From positions 124,001 through 188,000 of the forward strand of contig CDRNVI010000007.1 of assembly GCA_977017575.1 (NCBI GenBank): DNA of 64,000 nt, given 5' to 3'. Below are positions 1-9,952 of this stretch, one piece after another; within the stretch, counting starts at the first letter, position 1; the number at the start of each line of letters is the position of its first letter. Source of the stretch: Paramoeba atlantica (lineage: Eukaryota > Protista > Discosea). Under the pieces are notes generated by a model. The model was not told the DNA's origin and did not search any database. It saw only the letters and a program-made list of their open reading frames with translations. Both the position numbers and the translations under genes were made by a program.

Positions 1-868
1 GAACAGTAAAATGAGCGAGCTGTGCGCAGAGCCTTCTTTGATTAAAATATTGTAACCTGAGATGTTGCGTTTCAATAAATTTCGTCACTCATCCATACAA
101 CAAGAGGTATACGTATATACCTGTTTTTAACCTTATCGTGAGCAAATAAATATGTATCTTTGCTTATGGTAAAATGCTGTTGTTTTAGATGACCAGTCAA
201 TAATAATAAATTTCTTACTCTTCCTTTTGATAACATTGACTAATCTCTTCTTACACCTTCTCTATACTTTTGATGCGCATGGCTTGTCAACGATGATTAG
301 AGCAGGCCTGGAACGCCTGAAGTGTTTTCCACATCTGATGCTGATGAAACTTGATCGTCATGTTCTGCCTGAAAACTATAGCTCTGCAAGATTTTTTCTA
401 TATATATTTTAGGTAAGCAGAAAAACCATTCCCTCCAACAAGGCATACTCTCCCCGATCCGAGCACCCAGATTGCACAGATTTCGCACCCGAATTTCACA
501 AAAAGTCGACCTCTAAAAATATAGGTACATAAAGCTTTAAAGGTACTATAGGTATTTTATAGTAACTATATTTATTTTTTCTACCTATATATAAACTATA
601 TAAAGTTATTCGGACCCCTGCTATAATTATAATTATAAATTCAAAAAAGTTATAATTTATACTTATAATTACTTATGGAGGGGGGAGTACCTACAGTGTA
701 GGCGAGATCATTTAGTAATGTGTATTGTAACTTCATTAAAGCCAAGTGTCTGTCTTGGTTGTATACCTTAGCTTTTATTTGCTAGTATACAACGATAAAA
801 AGAAGAGATAATAGTAAAAAAGAAGGGAGCAAGAATAATTACGCGCGTTATTTTTTTCTGCCTGTATA

Positions 869-1855
869 ATGAAGCGAGCTCGTTTATCTCACGGAACTTC
901 TTCGATTCGAGCGAAGTCGAGGAAGCGGAGCAAAAATGAATTTGGGGATACAAAACTCATTGAAAACGAGAACAGCGTTAACAGCGGTTTGGTCTACAAT
1001 AAGGGCCACGGTCAACATATTTTGAAGAATCCTTTAGTTTTACAAGCGATTGTGGATAAGGCGGGTATCAAACCTACTGACGTTGTACTTGAAATTGGGC
1101 CAGGCACAGGAAACCTTACCGAGAAGCTTTTAGGAGTTGCGAAAAAAGTTATCGCTTTTGAAATAGATAGCAGAATGGTTGCCGAACTGAGGAAGCGCTT
1201 TCAGAGTGCAACAATAGGAAGAAAATTAGAGGTCATTGAAGGGGATTGCCTACGACAGAATTTTCCCTATTTCGACAAGTGCGTAGCCAATACGCCTTAT
1301 GCAATAAGTAGCGCGCTGGTTTTTAAGCTACTTCGAGGTAGCACGAGTGGCGCTTTCAGAGCCGCCGTGCTAATGTTTCAAAAGGAATTCGCACAGAGGC
1401 TGGTAGCGAAACCAGGAGATGAACAATACAGCCGATTAAGCGTCAATACGCAGCTACTTGCGAAGTGTTCTCACTTGATGAAAATCAGTAAAAACAGCTT
1501 TGACCCACCTCCCCAAGTGGAGAGCTCGGTCGTGAGGTTAGAGCCGCGGCGTCCAGCTCCTAAAGTAGACTTTGATGAATGGGACGGCCTAATGAAATTG
1601 CTTTTTAACCGCAAGAACAGGAAAGTTTGCTCTCTCTTGTCGTCTAAAAATATTCGAAGTAATTTGTACCGCATACATCGAAGTCATAGCACGATGAAGG
1701 AAAGCGCCCCTATTGACGAAGATGTGTTCAATAGAAGAATCTCCGTTTTACTCTCGGGACCTTCGCTATGTAATCTTCGAGCCCGGCGCATGACACAAGA
1801 CGATTTCGCCATGCTTCTTGCAAAATTTCATGAACAGCACGTTTATTTTTCTTAA
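869..1855 (+). CDS. DIM1: 18S rRNA dimethyladenosine transferase Dim1 (KsgA family)
   Basis: GQHILKNP, VVLEIGPGTGNLT (SAM-binding), ANTPY, MFQKEFAQRL and SFDPPPQVES motifs in the 328-aa ORF. Confidence 0.96.
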   Translation: MKRARLSHGTSSIRAKSRKRSKNEFGDTKLIENENSVNSGLVYNKGHGQHILKNPLVLQAIVDKAGIKPTDVVLEIGPGTGNLTEKLLGVAKKVIAFEIDSRMVAELRKRFQSATIGRKLEVIEGDCLRQNFPYFDKCVANTPYAISSALVFKLLRGSTSGAFRAAVLMFQKEFAQRLVAKPGDEQYSRLSVNTQLLAKCSHLMKISKNSFDPPPQVESSVVRLEPRRPAPKVDFDEWDGLMKLLFNRKNRKVCSLLSSKNIRSNLYRIHRSHSTMKESAPIDEDVFNRRISVLLSGPSLCNLRARRMTQDDFAMLLAKFHEQHVYFS

Positions 1856-2064
1856 AACTTGTTTTTACCTTTTTTGGTTAATTGCCTTCGAAAAAGCATA
1901 CCTTGGTTCACGAACCAATGAAACTGGTATCACTTTTTAAAAGTGATGAGCACCACCTACACATAAAATGTGATACAACTGTCACAGTTGATACACAGTC
2001 AGTGTATCAACCACATGCTTAGTGTAGTACTGTTAACTATTTCGTTTTCGCATTGTAACCATTT

Positions 2065-3308
2065 GGTAAATTGAACAAGAATTCGTTTTCTTTATATTTT
2101 TTAAAAATTTCTTCTATTTATGCAAGAAAGAAAGTTGCTTCATACACTTGTTTCGCCGCACCTCTCACGTGCTTACTCGTGCTTTTCCGACTTTCTCACA
2201 CCTCTTTGTGTAGCCAATATATTAAACATCAATAACTTCACCGAAATACCGAAGATTTTCCAGCATACGAGGTAAAACGTCGGTACCATTTTTCCTCAAC
2301 TTTCCATTTCTTTTCTCAGCTAAAGTTCGTACTCGACTGCCTCGCTTTTCATCCACCCGACCGAGTACGCCCCTTTCACGTTTGAGCGTCTTCTTCACAA
2401 GTGAATTGGCCGATTCAACTGTGTTTGTATGAACGCCTTCTTGGGTTACCAACCCGCGTCGGTGCACCACCTTTTTCCACTTGTATCCTTGCAGTTGCAG
2501 ATTATGACGTGCTGAGTCAGTCCAGATCCTAGTTCTGAACCCCGCTGTCAGAGCTTCGATGTTTGGAATAAGTGAGGCTGTGCTTCGATCAGGGACAACG
2601 TCCATAAGTATTTCAGAGATTTTATTTTGTCTGGTCATTTCAACTATAGTTTAAGCGACTTGCGACCCATCACGTCTGACACGTCGAGTGCAATTGCTGT
2701 CTCCCCGCTTCCTCATTGAGAAGACTGTTTCATCGCACTGTATGGAGTTCAATGTTCCGTGGCGACGAATTCTTGGGGGTACGTGTATTGTCCCGATCAA
2801 TGATCATCATAAAATCCAACGCTTCGCGCAGCCTGACCATGATCGTCACACTTAAGCCCGTCTCCTCCGCTGATACTGCATGTGGCTCGCCACGGGAACA
2901 CAAAATAATAAATTTCAGAATTTGTTTTGCAGTGCGTTTCGCATTCCCTGGAACCAGAGACTCAAGAATGTCGTACACCCTTGTACACCTTTTAGTACAC
3001 CGCCACTTCCCGTCGCTCAATCGCATTTCCAATGGCGAGGAGTGACTTCGCTTGTTGCGTGTCACGTTCCTTACAACAAGATCATGGCATTTAACCGGTG
3101 TCTACATTGAGTCTCTGACCACTTTGCCACCTTAATACTCAGCTTCCGACGGCACGCGTATCCCCGACACTCCCGACACAACCATGTGAGGAATTCAGAA
3201 AAACTTAAATTTTTTTTCCTAAAAAGTGCACGGATATTTTCCGTTTTTCCTCGTTTTTCTCAATATTTGTGACCAAATTTTTGAAAAGCGAATTCTCGTT
3301 CAATTTCC
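2065..3308 (-). mobile_element. Decayed Merlin/IS1595-type DNA transposon
   Basis: Imperfect ~26-bp TIRs GGTAAATTGAACAAGAATTCGTTTTC (2065-2090) and GAAAAGCGAATTCTCGTTCAATTTCC (3283-3308). Minus-strand transposase remnant inside. No clean TSD seen. Confidence 0.8.
2222..3065 (-). pseudogene. Merlin (ISXO2-like DDE) transposase pseudogene
   Basis: Manual translation gives QCDETVFS...(TAA)...RIWTDS...VVHRRGLVTQEGVHTNTVES, with one frameshift near 2735 and one in-frame stop near 2650. Confidence 0.85.
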
Positions 3309-3352
3309 TCTAACTTTTCAATACCTGTTTTAATGTTTATGATGTTGCTTTA

Positions 3353-4585
3353 ATGAGTATTTGGTTGGATGAACAGTGTGTTTCGTACGATTGGCGTAAC
3401 AGAATTCGTGCTTTTAGCCGAGAGGACTTTCCATCATTTTGTGAAACCATATTCAGAATGGGTGAGCATGTTTCCGATTCGTCAAAATGTGATAATGTGC
3501 TTTTAGGTACGGTTCAGAAGAACTATTTTCTGGCGTTTTTCTTTAGGAAGTGGCGACAAAGTGGGTTTCCGCGTCATCTACGATTACCAGTACCAGAGAT
3601 ACGGCAAAGATTAAATTGCATGCTCGAAGGGAATCTAACTCACCTTGCTCGTATGGAATTCGAACTATTCGCTAGAGATGTTGAACATCATCGTGTTCGG
3701 CGAATCAAGGAGTTCTGCACCGCAGCATCTTGGAATCGTGCAGAAGTGAAAAATACCATTTTATCTTATCCAATTTCCATTAGACCTGAGAAAAATTCGA
3801 GTGCATCTTATATTGCAGAATGGGTGACAAAATATTTAGAGGATCGGTCTGCAGAAGAGTGCCAAATATCTCAAATCAGTTTCAGTTTACGTGATCCACT
3901 TACTCGCAAGCGTATTGATGTCGCAGTGAGAAGCCTCTCTTGTGCTCACATGCAACCGTTTGACTTAGACACTTTTCTTGCGTACTACGAATGTAGTCAG
4001 GCTTTGCAAACGGAACATCAGAATACTCATTGCGCATGTCCCGTGTGCAACAAAGTGATTTTATTGACCGATGTGCATCACGAGCCTATTCTTGATTTTC
4101 TTATTGAAGATCTGCACGAGGACGGCGATTTTGTATTGGTCAATAAAAATGGAAATTTCAGTATATCTGGGCTCACTGCAACTTACAATATTGATAAAGT
4201 TGAGTGCGAAAACAAAGAAAATGGGAATGCACAGGCTAACTTGGCTACGGCGACTGCTTCCAGTCACATTATCAGTTGTCATAATCCCGGTCTCCAGGAC
4301 ATAGAAGAAAACGACGAGAAATGCCTAGAAAAGGAACCCTCTGAAATTGCTTGCATTCAAGAAGAAATGAGTCTGAGTCAAGCAAATGTTATACAAGCGT
4401 ATAGTCAACATGCAATAAAAACAAATGCCAACTTGTTGGACCACACGTATCTTGACGTTTCCACAAAGGATCATGAGGTGGAATCAATAGCGAAAAAACA
4501 TGTGGATGAACTAGAACATTCGGAGCTTTCCCCTATAAAAACGGCTGAGTCAGTGGGGTGTGGAAGGAAAAGGCCTAGAAAATAG
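3353..4585 (+). CDS. SP-RING (MIZ zinc finger) SUMO E3 ligase-like protein (Siz/PIAS family)
   Basis: SLRDPLTRKRI..AVRSLSCAHMQPFD...CACPVC matches the zf-MIZ pattern. Confidence 0.78.
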   Translation: MSIWLDEQCVSYDWRNRIRAFSREDFPSFCETIFRMGEHVSDSSKCDNVLLGTVQKNYFLAFFFRKWRQSGFPRHLRLPVPEIRQRLNCMLEGNLTHLARMEFELFARDVEHHRVRRIKEFCTAASWNRAEVKNTILSYPISIRPEKNSSASYIAEWVTKYLEDRSAEECQISQISFSLRDPLTRKRIDVAVRSLSCAHMQPFDLDTFLAYYECSQALQTEHQNTHCACPVCNKVILLTDVHHEPILDFLIEDLHEDGDFVLVNKNGNFSISGLTATYNIDKVECENKENGNAQANLATATASSHIISCHNPGLQDIEENDEKCLEKEPSEIACIQEEMSLSQANVIQAYSQHAIKTNANLLDHTYLDVSTKDHEVESIAKKHVDELEHSELSPIKTAESVGCGRKRPRK

Positions 4586-4899
4586 TGAATTCGCAGGAAA
4601 CGGATGCCGCGGTGCGCGTGAATTCGTACTGCGAAGCATCTTCTGTTGCAACGGAACACAGTAGATCGGTAAAATATTTCACCTACAATCTTCACGTCGT
4701 AACTGAAAAAGAATGAATTCGAACGCCCACGTACGTGTACTTTGAGCACGAATCATCATCAGTCAATACGTTTGTGTCATCGCGACCTCCTCAAGATGAC
4801 ACAGATTTTGAGTGTTCCAAATGGAATGTAGGGGTAGTTCGGTTTAAATATTTTTACAAAATATATTTTTTTATATTTTCAGACCCTTTTTTTATATTA

Positions 4900-6384
4900 C
4901 TGTCCCCCCCTACTTATGCGCAACCGTTTGACCCGGCCACTTAAGCGCAATTTTGACGCATCGTTCAGAATAACAGCGCCGCAAAGCGGCGCGATTTTTT
5001 TTTGGGGGGTACGAATTTTTGTACAGATTTTCGCCGCTATTGAAATGGAGAGTGCAAGTAGTCCCTTTGGGGCGTTCGAGAATTATCTTCATCGATCTCT
5101 AGAGATCTCTGATCCACACTGACCACCGATCTGTACGGTGAGTCTGCATACTGTACTGTACATCAGTCTACAGTGGTGTTCAGCCTCTTTTACCCCCCCT
5201 ACAGGTCTTGCATTTTGTTCGATTTTGGAAATATTTTGTATGGGACTGTTTTTCGACCCAATCGTTCCGAATCCGAGGTCCTTTTCACTCGTGGACACCT
5301 GTATCATACCTAAACCGGGAAAAAACCCGAAAAAAAGTCGATTTGTTTTTTCACAGAGTACATTTTTTTTAAATTTGGTACACTTGTTGGTGATTCATGA
5401 CGAAGAAGCACCGCCCCCTGTGCTTACTTTCCTGCCTCGTGTGCCCCGAGAAGCGCACGGCACTCGCGATCGATTGAGTGCGACTTAAGTCCTATAAGAC
5501 ACTCGAAAAATTTCATAAACTTAGCCCCGGGTCCATCATTGAAACTTTTCGCCTTTTTTCTGAAGATTAACCGGAAACGTTTAAGAATGCCTTCCGGGAC
5601 TATAGTAAACGTTTTCTTTTGGTCAAGGAGGCTAAAGTGCATATGACTAAATACTAGAGATTACTTTGCACTCCTTTTCCACGTCTTCTGACCTACTTTA
5701 CTACTGTTCCTCATCCGAAACATTCAAAAAAATGAACCCAAAAAAGTTGTAATTAGTTTTTTTGACCCCTACCTGGCTAGGGGGGTAGGGGGTCGCTCGA
5801 GTGAAAAGGGCCTCGGATTCGGAACGATTGGGTCGAAAAACGGTGGTATACCAAATATTTCCAAAATCGGACAAAATACAAGACCTGTAGGGGGGGGTAA
5901 AAGACGCTGAACACCACTGTACATCAGTCTAAGTCCGTTTTATAGGGCTTCCTTGCTGTCTTTATCGCAGGTACCTTGGCGACCCTTGATAAAAACTTCT
6001 TCTAACTTCACGCGGAATACATCCGAAACTTTGGCTTTTGGAATGGCCGCGGTTCCAACCCATTCATGTACCTCAGACACTATCGCGCCACATAAATCAT
6101 TCTTATACATGCAACGACCCGTGTCAGAAGAATGGGACATCGCTTTTGATATCGACTTTTGAGGACCGTAGAGGAAGAAGGGGGAGAAAGGCACAAAGCA
6201 GAAAGCGGATTGCTAGGGGGGATAGTATATAAAAAGCAACCCCGAAGGGTACCCCGCGTATATAACTCATGATAGAAGCACGCGTCGCGAAGCGGCGCGA
6301 ATTTATTTTTTCACTCTTTTTTGACCCGGCTACTTACGCGCAATTTTAGGCCAAAACCTGGTTGCGTTTAAGTGGGGGGGACAG
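4900..6384. mobile_element. Non-autonomous TA-flanked TIR element of the same family as the pogo-like element at 50262-52413
   Basis: TA|CTGTCCCCCCCTACTTATGCGCAACC ... GGTTGCGTTTAAGTGGGGGGGACAG|TA. Shares the subterminal motif TGACCCGGCYACTTAAGCGCAATTTT with the 50-52 kb element. Confidence 0.85.
5171..5919. mobile_element. Nested MITE with ~120-bp TIRs starting CAGTGGTG
   Basis: About 5171-5290 is the reverse complement of about 5798-5919 with scattered mismatches. Flanked by TACATCAGTCTA on both sides. Confidence 0.85.
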
Positions 6385-6873
6385 TATATTGTATGCTGTC
6401 CCTCCCTGTTTACACTTCAAAGGGGTGAAACCCCCCTTTATACTAACATCATCCAGACGATGCAAAAATATACCATTTCGCCGGAATCCGCGGACGGATA
6501 CGCCAAGTTTTTTTTCATACTACTGCCGCAATAGCAGTATTTGCATTCTACGTGATGTCACTTCAAACAAGCATATATTCGACTCAAAAATGAAAACAAT
6601 TTATTGCACTGATCTTTTTACGTTTGGTATTGCACGCAATCAAAAAGAAGAGTCCTAAAATTCATTATGTCTTCCCTAGGCATTTTTCAAAACAAATTTA
6701 GCAGAAGAAGAACCATTTTTTCTTATCTCGAGCTCGAAAAAGAATCAAGTCAATTGTCTACCGTTACGAAAAAAACTCGTGGTGTAATATACACTCGAAA
6801 AAAACTCGTTGTGTATTTCTTATGGATACTTTTTTCTAATATGAACATGTAAAGAATTATAGATTTTGATATA

Positions 6874-6916
6874 CACTAGCAATCGGCTATACGCCTCCCC
6901 CTCGAATTTTGAAAAA
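6874..6916. repeat. Solo TIR remnant of the 28984-29749 MITE family
   Basis: TA|CACTAGCAATCGGCTATACGCCTCCCCCTCGAATTTTGAAAAA matches the reverse complement of the right end at ~29706-29749. Confidence 0.7.
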
Positions 6917-6991
6917 GTGAAAAAAACACATGTACAGTGTATGTGAGGTACGACAAGATAAAAAGATGACTGTTTTTCAATTTCAGTAGTC

Positions 6992-8404
6992 ATGCATCTC
7001 TGGTTTTTACTAGTTTGGCTTGTATGGAAATGTCCACAAAGGTCACTGCTTCTCACTGGGCTCTTAACTAGCGTAGAAGAAAATACTCGAAATCGATTAT
7101 CGGATCAAGACCACCTAAAGAAAGAGTTGGAGAATGTCACCACTATCACGTTCGGAAGTTGTAATCGTCCAGACAAAGCTCAATTAATATGGCACGCTGT
7201 GTTACAAGATTCCCCAACAGCATGGATGTGGCTTGGGGATGCAGTCTATGCTGACACGAGAAAATGGTTATTTCGTTTCCAGCCCAGTTCACTGGATCAC
7301 ATGGCGCGTGTATATGAAAAGCAAAAAATGAGCAAGGAGTATCAAGAACTTTTGAGGAGCAATATTTCGATATTTGGGGTCTGGGATGACCATGACTATG
7401 GAATCAATGATGGTGACAGAACATTTTTCAACAAAGACGCTTCTCAGAGTCTGTTCTTAGACTTTCTCGACACTCCTATGGATCATCCTATTAGAAGACA
7501 AAATGGAGTGTATCGTTTCTACTCACTTGCTCAGGGGCGCGTGCTGATTATTCTTTTGGACGTGCGCTACTTCAAGGATCCGTATGGTACGTCGGATGGG
7601 GATTTCTTGGGAGAAACCCAGTGGGCGTGGCTATCCCGTGTTCTAAATGACCAGCCCGGGGATATTGTTCTTATCGGTTCCGGCGTACAAATCATAAGCG
7701 ATAACAGGCCCACAGAGCACTGGGGTCGCTTTCCTCGTGCCAGGAAGAGGCTTGTCTCTATTGTAGCGTCCAGCGGTAGGGGTGGCATCCTTTTCCTATC
7801 CGGTGACATTCACTTTTCAGAGGTGCATCGCCTAAACTGCTCACCTTTAGGATATCCTGTGTATGAATTTACATCGAGTGGGATTACTCACCACGTCCCG
7901 TCGTGGTTAAGTGCTCTTGTACCTTCTTTGCCTACACGAATTGCGAGTTACTTCGGTTTGAATTACGGGAAGATTACCATTAAGTGGGAAGAAGGAGAAA
8001 TTCTACTCGAAATTAAAGATGTAAAGGGATTCATCCGGTGGAGTCATACAATTCCCTTTAGTGAACTACATGTTGGACAGCACACAACTAGTGCATGTTT
8101 CCGAGAAAGAGATTTGGAAAGACCAAATTTAGTTTGTGATTTACCTGAACATTCGCCTCACATACTTCTGTGGGTTATGCAAATACTAGAACGCTCTCGA
8201 TTTCGACACTTCTGTCCGCCTCGAGAACTCCTTGCCTGGCTTGTCATAACCATTATTTTGACGGCGCTTTTACTTTTTGGGACAATATTCTATTTTTATA
8301 AGAAATCATTTTCTTGCTCACGGGTGGAGTCTTCCACGCCAATTGAAAGCACGAGACAAGTTACAAGAAAGATGTTGCTGCAACCACGGACTGGTACTGA
8401 TTAG
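6992..8404 (+). CDS. PhoD-like alkaline phosphatase D family metallophosphoesterase with C-terminal TM helix
   Basis: FGSCN, WLGDAVYAD, WDDHDYGIND, LLDVRY, LSGDIHFSE and EFTSSGITH motifs; hydrophobic helix near the C-terminus. Confidence 0.88.
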   Translation: MHLWFLLVWLVWKCPQRSLLLTGLLTSVEENTRNRLSDQDHLKKELENVTTITFGSCNRPDKAQLIWHAVLQDSPTAWMWLGDAVYADTRKWLFRFQPSSLDHMARVYEKQKMSKEYQELLRSNISIFGVWDDHDYGINDGDRTFFNKDASQSLFLDFLDTPMDHPIRRQNGVYRFYSLAQGRVLIILLDVRYFKDPYGTSDGDFLGETQWAWLSRVLNDQPGDIVLIGSGVQIISDNRPTEHWGRFPRARKRLVSIVASSGRGGILFLSGDIHFSEVHRLNCSPLGYPVYEFTSSGITHHVPSWLSALVPSLPTRIASYFGLNYGKITIKWEEGEILLEIKDVKGFIRWSHTIPFSELHVGQHTTSACFRERDLERPNLVCDLPEHSPHILLWVMQILERSRFRHFCPPRELLAWLVITIILTALLLFGTIFYFYKKSFSCSRVESSTPIESTRQVTRKMLLQPRTGTD

Positions 8405-8936
8405 GAGCATACGTCGTCTTCTTGTAAATTGAAGATGAAAAAGAGTGCTTTTTGATGTGATGTTCGCAGTAGAGGTCAGTAGCGAGTAATTGAACATTCG
8501 TCGGAGGGAACATGAGGTCGCCAAATTTCCTCTTAAGCGACCAACATAGTGGTTTTGTCTTATCCAATCATCATGATAACCCTTTTCCACAATTCTCTAT
8601 AGGACACTTTTTCTGACGACCATAGGACGGCGATGGTGTCGCCAACCTGACTCTCGGCTATTAACCTCGCAATGCGAGAGTCAGAGAGTGGGGGAAGCTC
8701 ATTCATTATGCATTTTTCTGCCTTAAAAAATAGGTTCAACTTCAAGATACCGTGGATGCCCATACAACAAGGCACTAAGCAACTAGGGTAACGTTCATCC
8801 TAACAAATCACGACTAGAATAGGTACCAACGGTACCGTATATAACCGGGTGCGTTTTAGAAAAAAAAACATTTAGATAGTATTGAATTTTAGATATTACT
8901 TGCAATCCACCATGATATTCGTGAACAGGGTGAATC

Positions 8937-9402
8937 AGCTGAGGGGCTGCGGGTGAGGCCCGATAAGAGATCATGCGAGATCACGCGAGATCTCTCTAGA
9001 GCGGATTTGGCTCGGGAGGGTGGTTGGACGACCTCAAAACGAGATCACGTGAGATCACGCGAGATCATACCCGCAGCCCCTCAGCTAATGCCAGGGGGTC
9101 TAAAATTCGTAAAACTTGGCCAATTTTGGAAAATAATAGCGCAGTCGAGAGCTCTCACACAGCCCTCCTGTGGATACAGGTATGTCGTTTCCCATGCTTT
9201 TACACACGTGCTTTCACGTTTCAGGGAAAAGCGTCAGAATTTCTTAAAAAACTTGCACTCAACGTTTTTGACCCTCCCACCATTTTATAAAACTGAGGGG
9301 CTGTAGGTGAGGACCAAAATGAGATCGCGTGAGATCACGCGAAATTTTTCGGAAACGGATTTGGCTCGAAAGGGTGGTTGGACGATCTCAAAACGAGATT
9401 AC
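8937..9402. repeat. Composite repeat: two ~115-bp direct copies carrying GAGATCACGC 10-mers; first copy bounded by an 18-bp perfect inverted repeat
   Basis: AGCTGAGGGGCTGCGGGT (8937-8954) and its inverse at 9069-9086; second copy at ~9293-9402. Confidence 0.75.
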
Positions 9403-9692
9403 GAGGGATTAGCATTAACTGATCCCCTCTGTATCTCTTCACATTCCTCTTCATCATCACTTAAAAGTTAGCTTTCGAGAGATTTACGCATCGTACAAGA
9501 GTATTGCGGTGCATCGTTTCAACCCTCAATTGGAATTTGATTTGTTACGTTGAGTTGTTGGGCGAAGTCAATCGACGCGCGCACGTACTGTGTTCCTTCA
9601 TTTGCACACCACCCTTACTCTTTTCTCCTTTCCAGAGCTCTATTTCTCCCTCCTTTCTCCCTCTCTTTATTTTGCCATTCTCCCCCCACCCC

Positions 9693-9920
9693 ATGTCCTC
9701 CCTCCTCCTCCCTCTCCTCCTCCTCTCCTCCCTCCTCCTTCCCCCTCCCTCCCCCCTCCCCATTTCCCTCACGGACAACCCCCACACCCACACGACCGCT
9801 CCCACCACCCGTCGACACAAACCCCTCCCCCCTACCCTCCCCCCTACCCTCCCCCCTACCACCACGAAAACCACCACCACGACCCGTCGTGTCGGTACGC
9901 TCCCCGGTCCACCCCCTTCC

Positions 9921-9952
<32 letters not shown>

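Noticed and set aside
335-385. CTGATGA...GAAA hammerhead-like cores
   Set aside because: Stem II does not close next to GAAA, and no stem I/III pairing was found
440-705. TpA-rich block ending in a GGGGGGAGTACCTACAGTG|TA TIR-like end
   Set aside because: The matching left end is too degenerate to define an element
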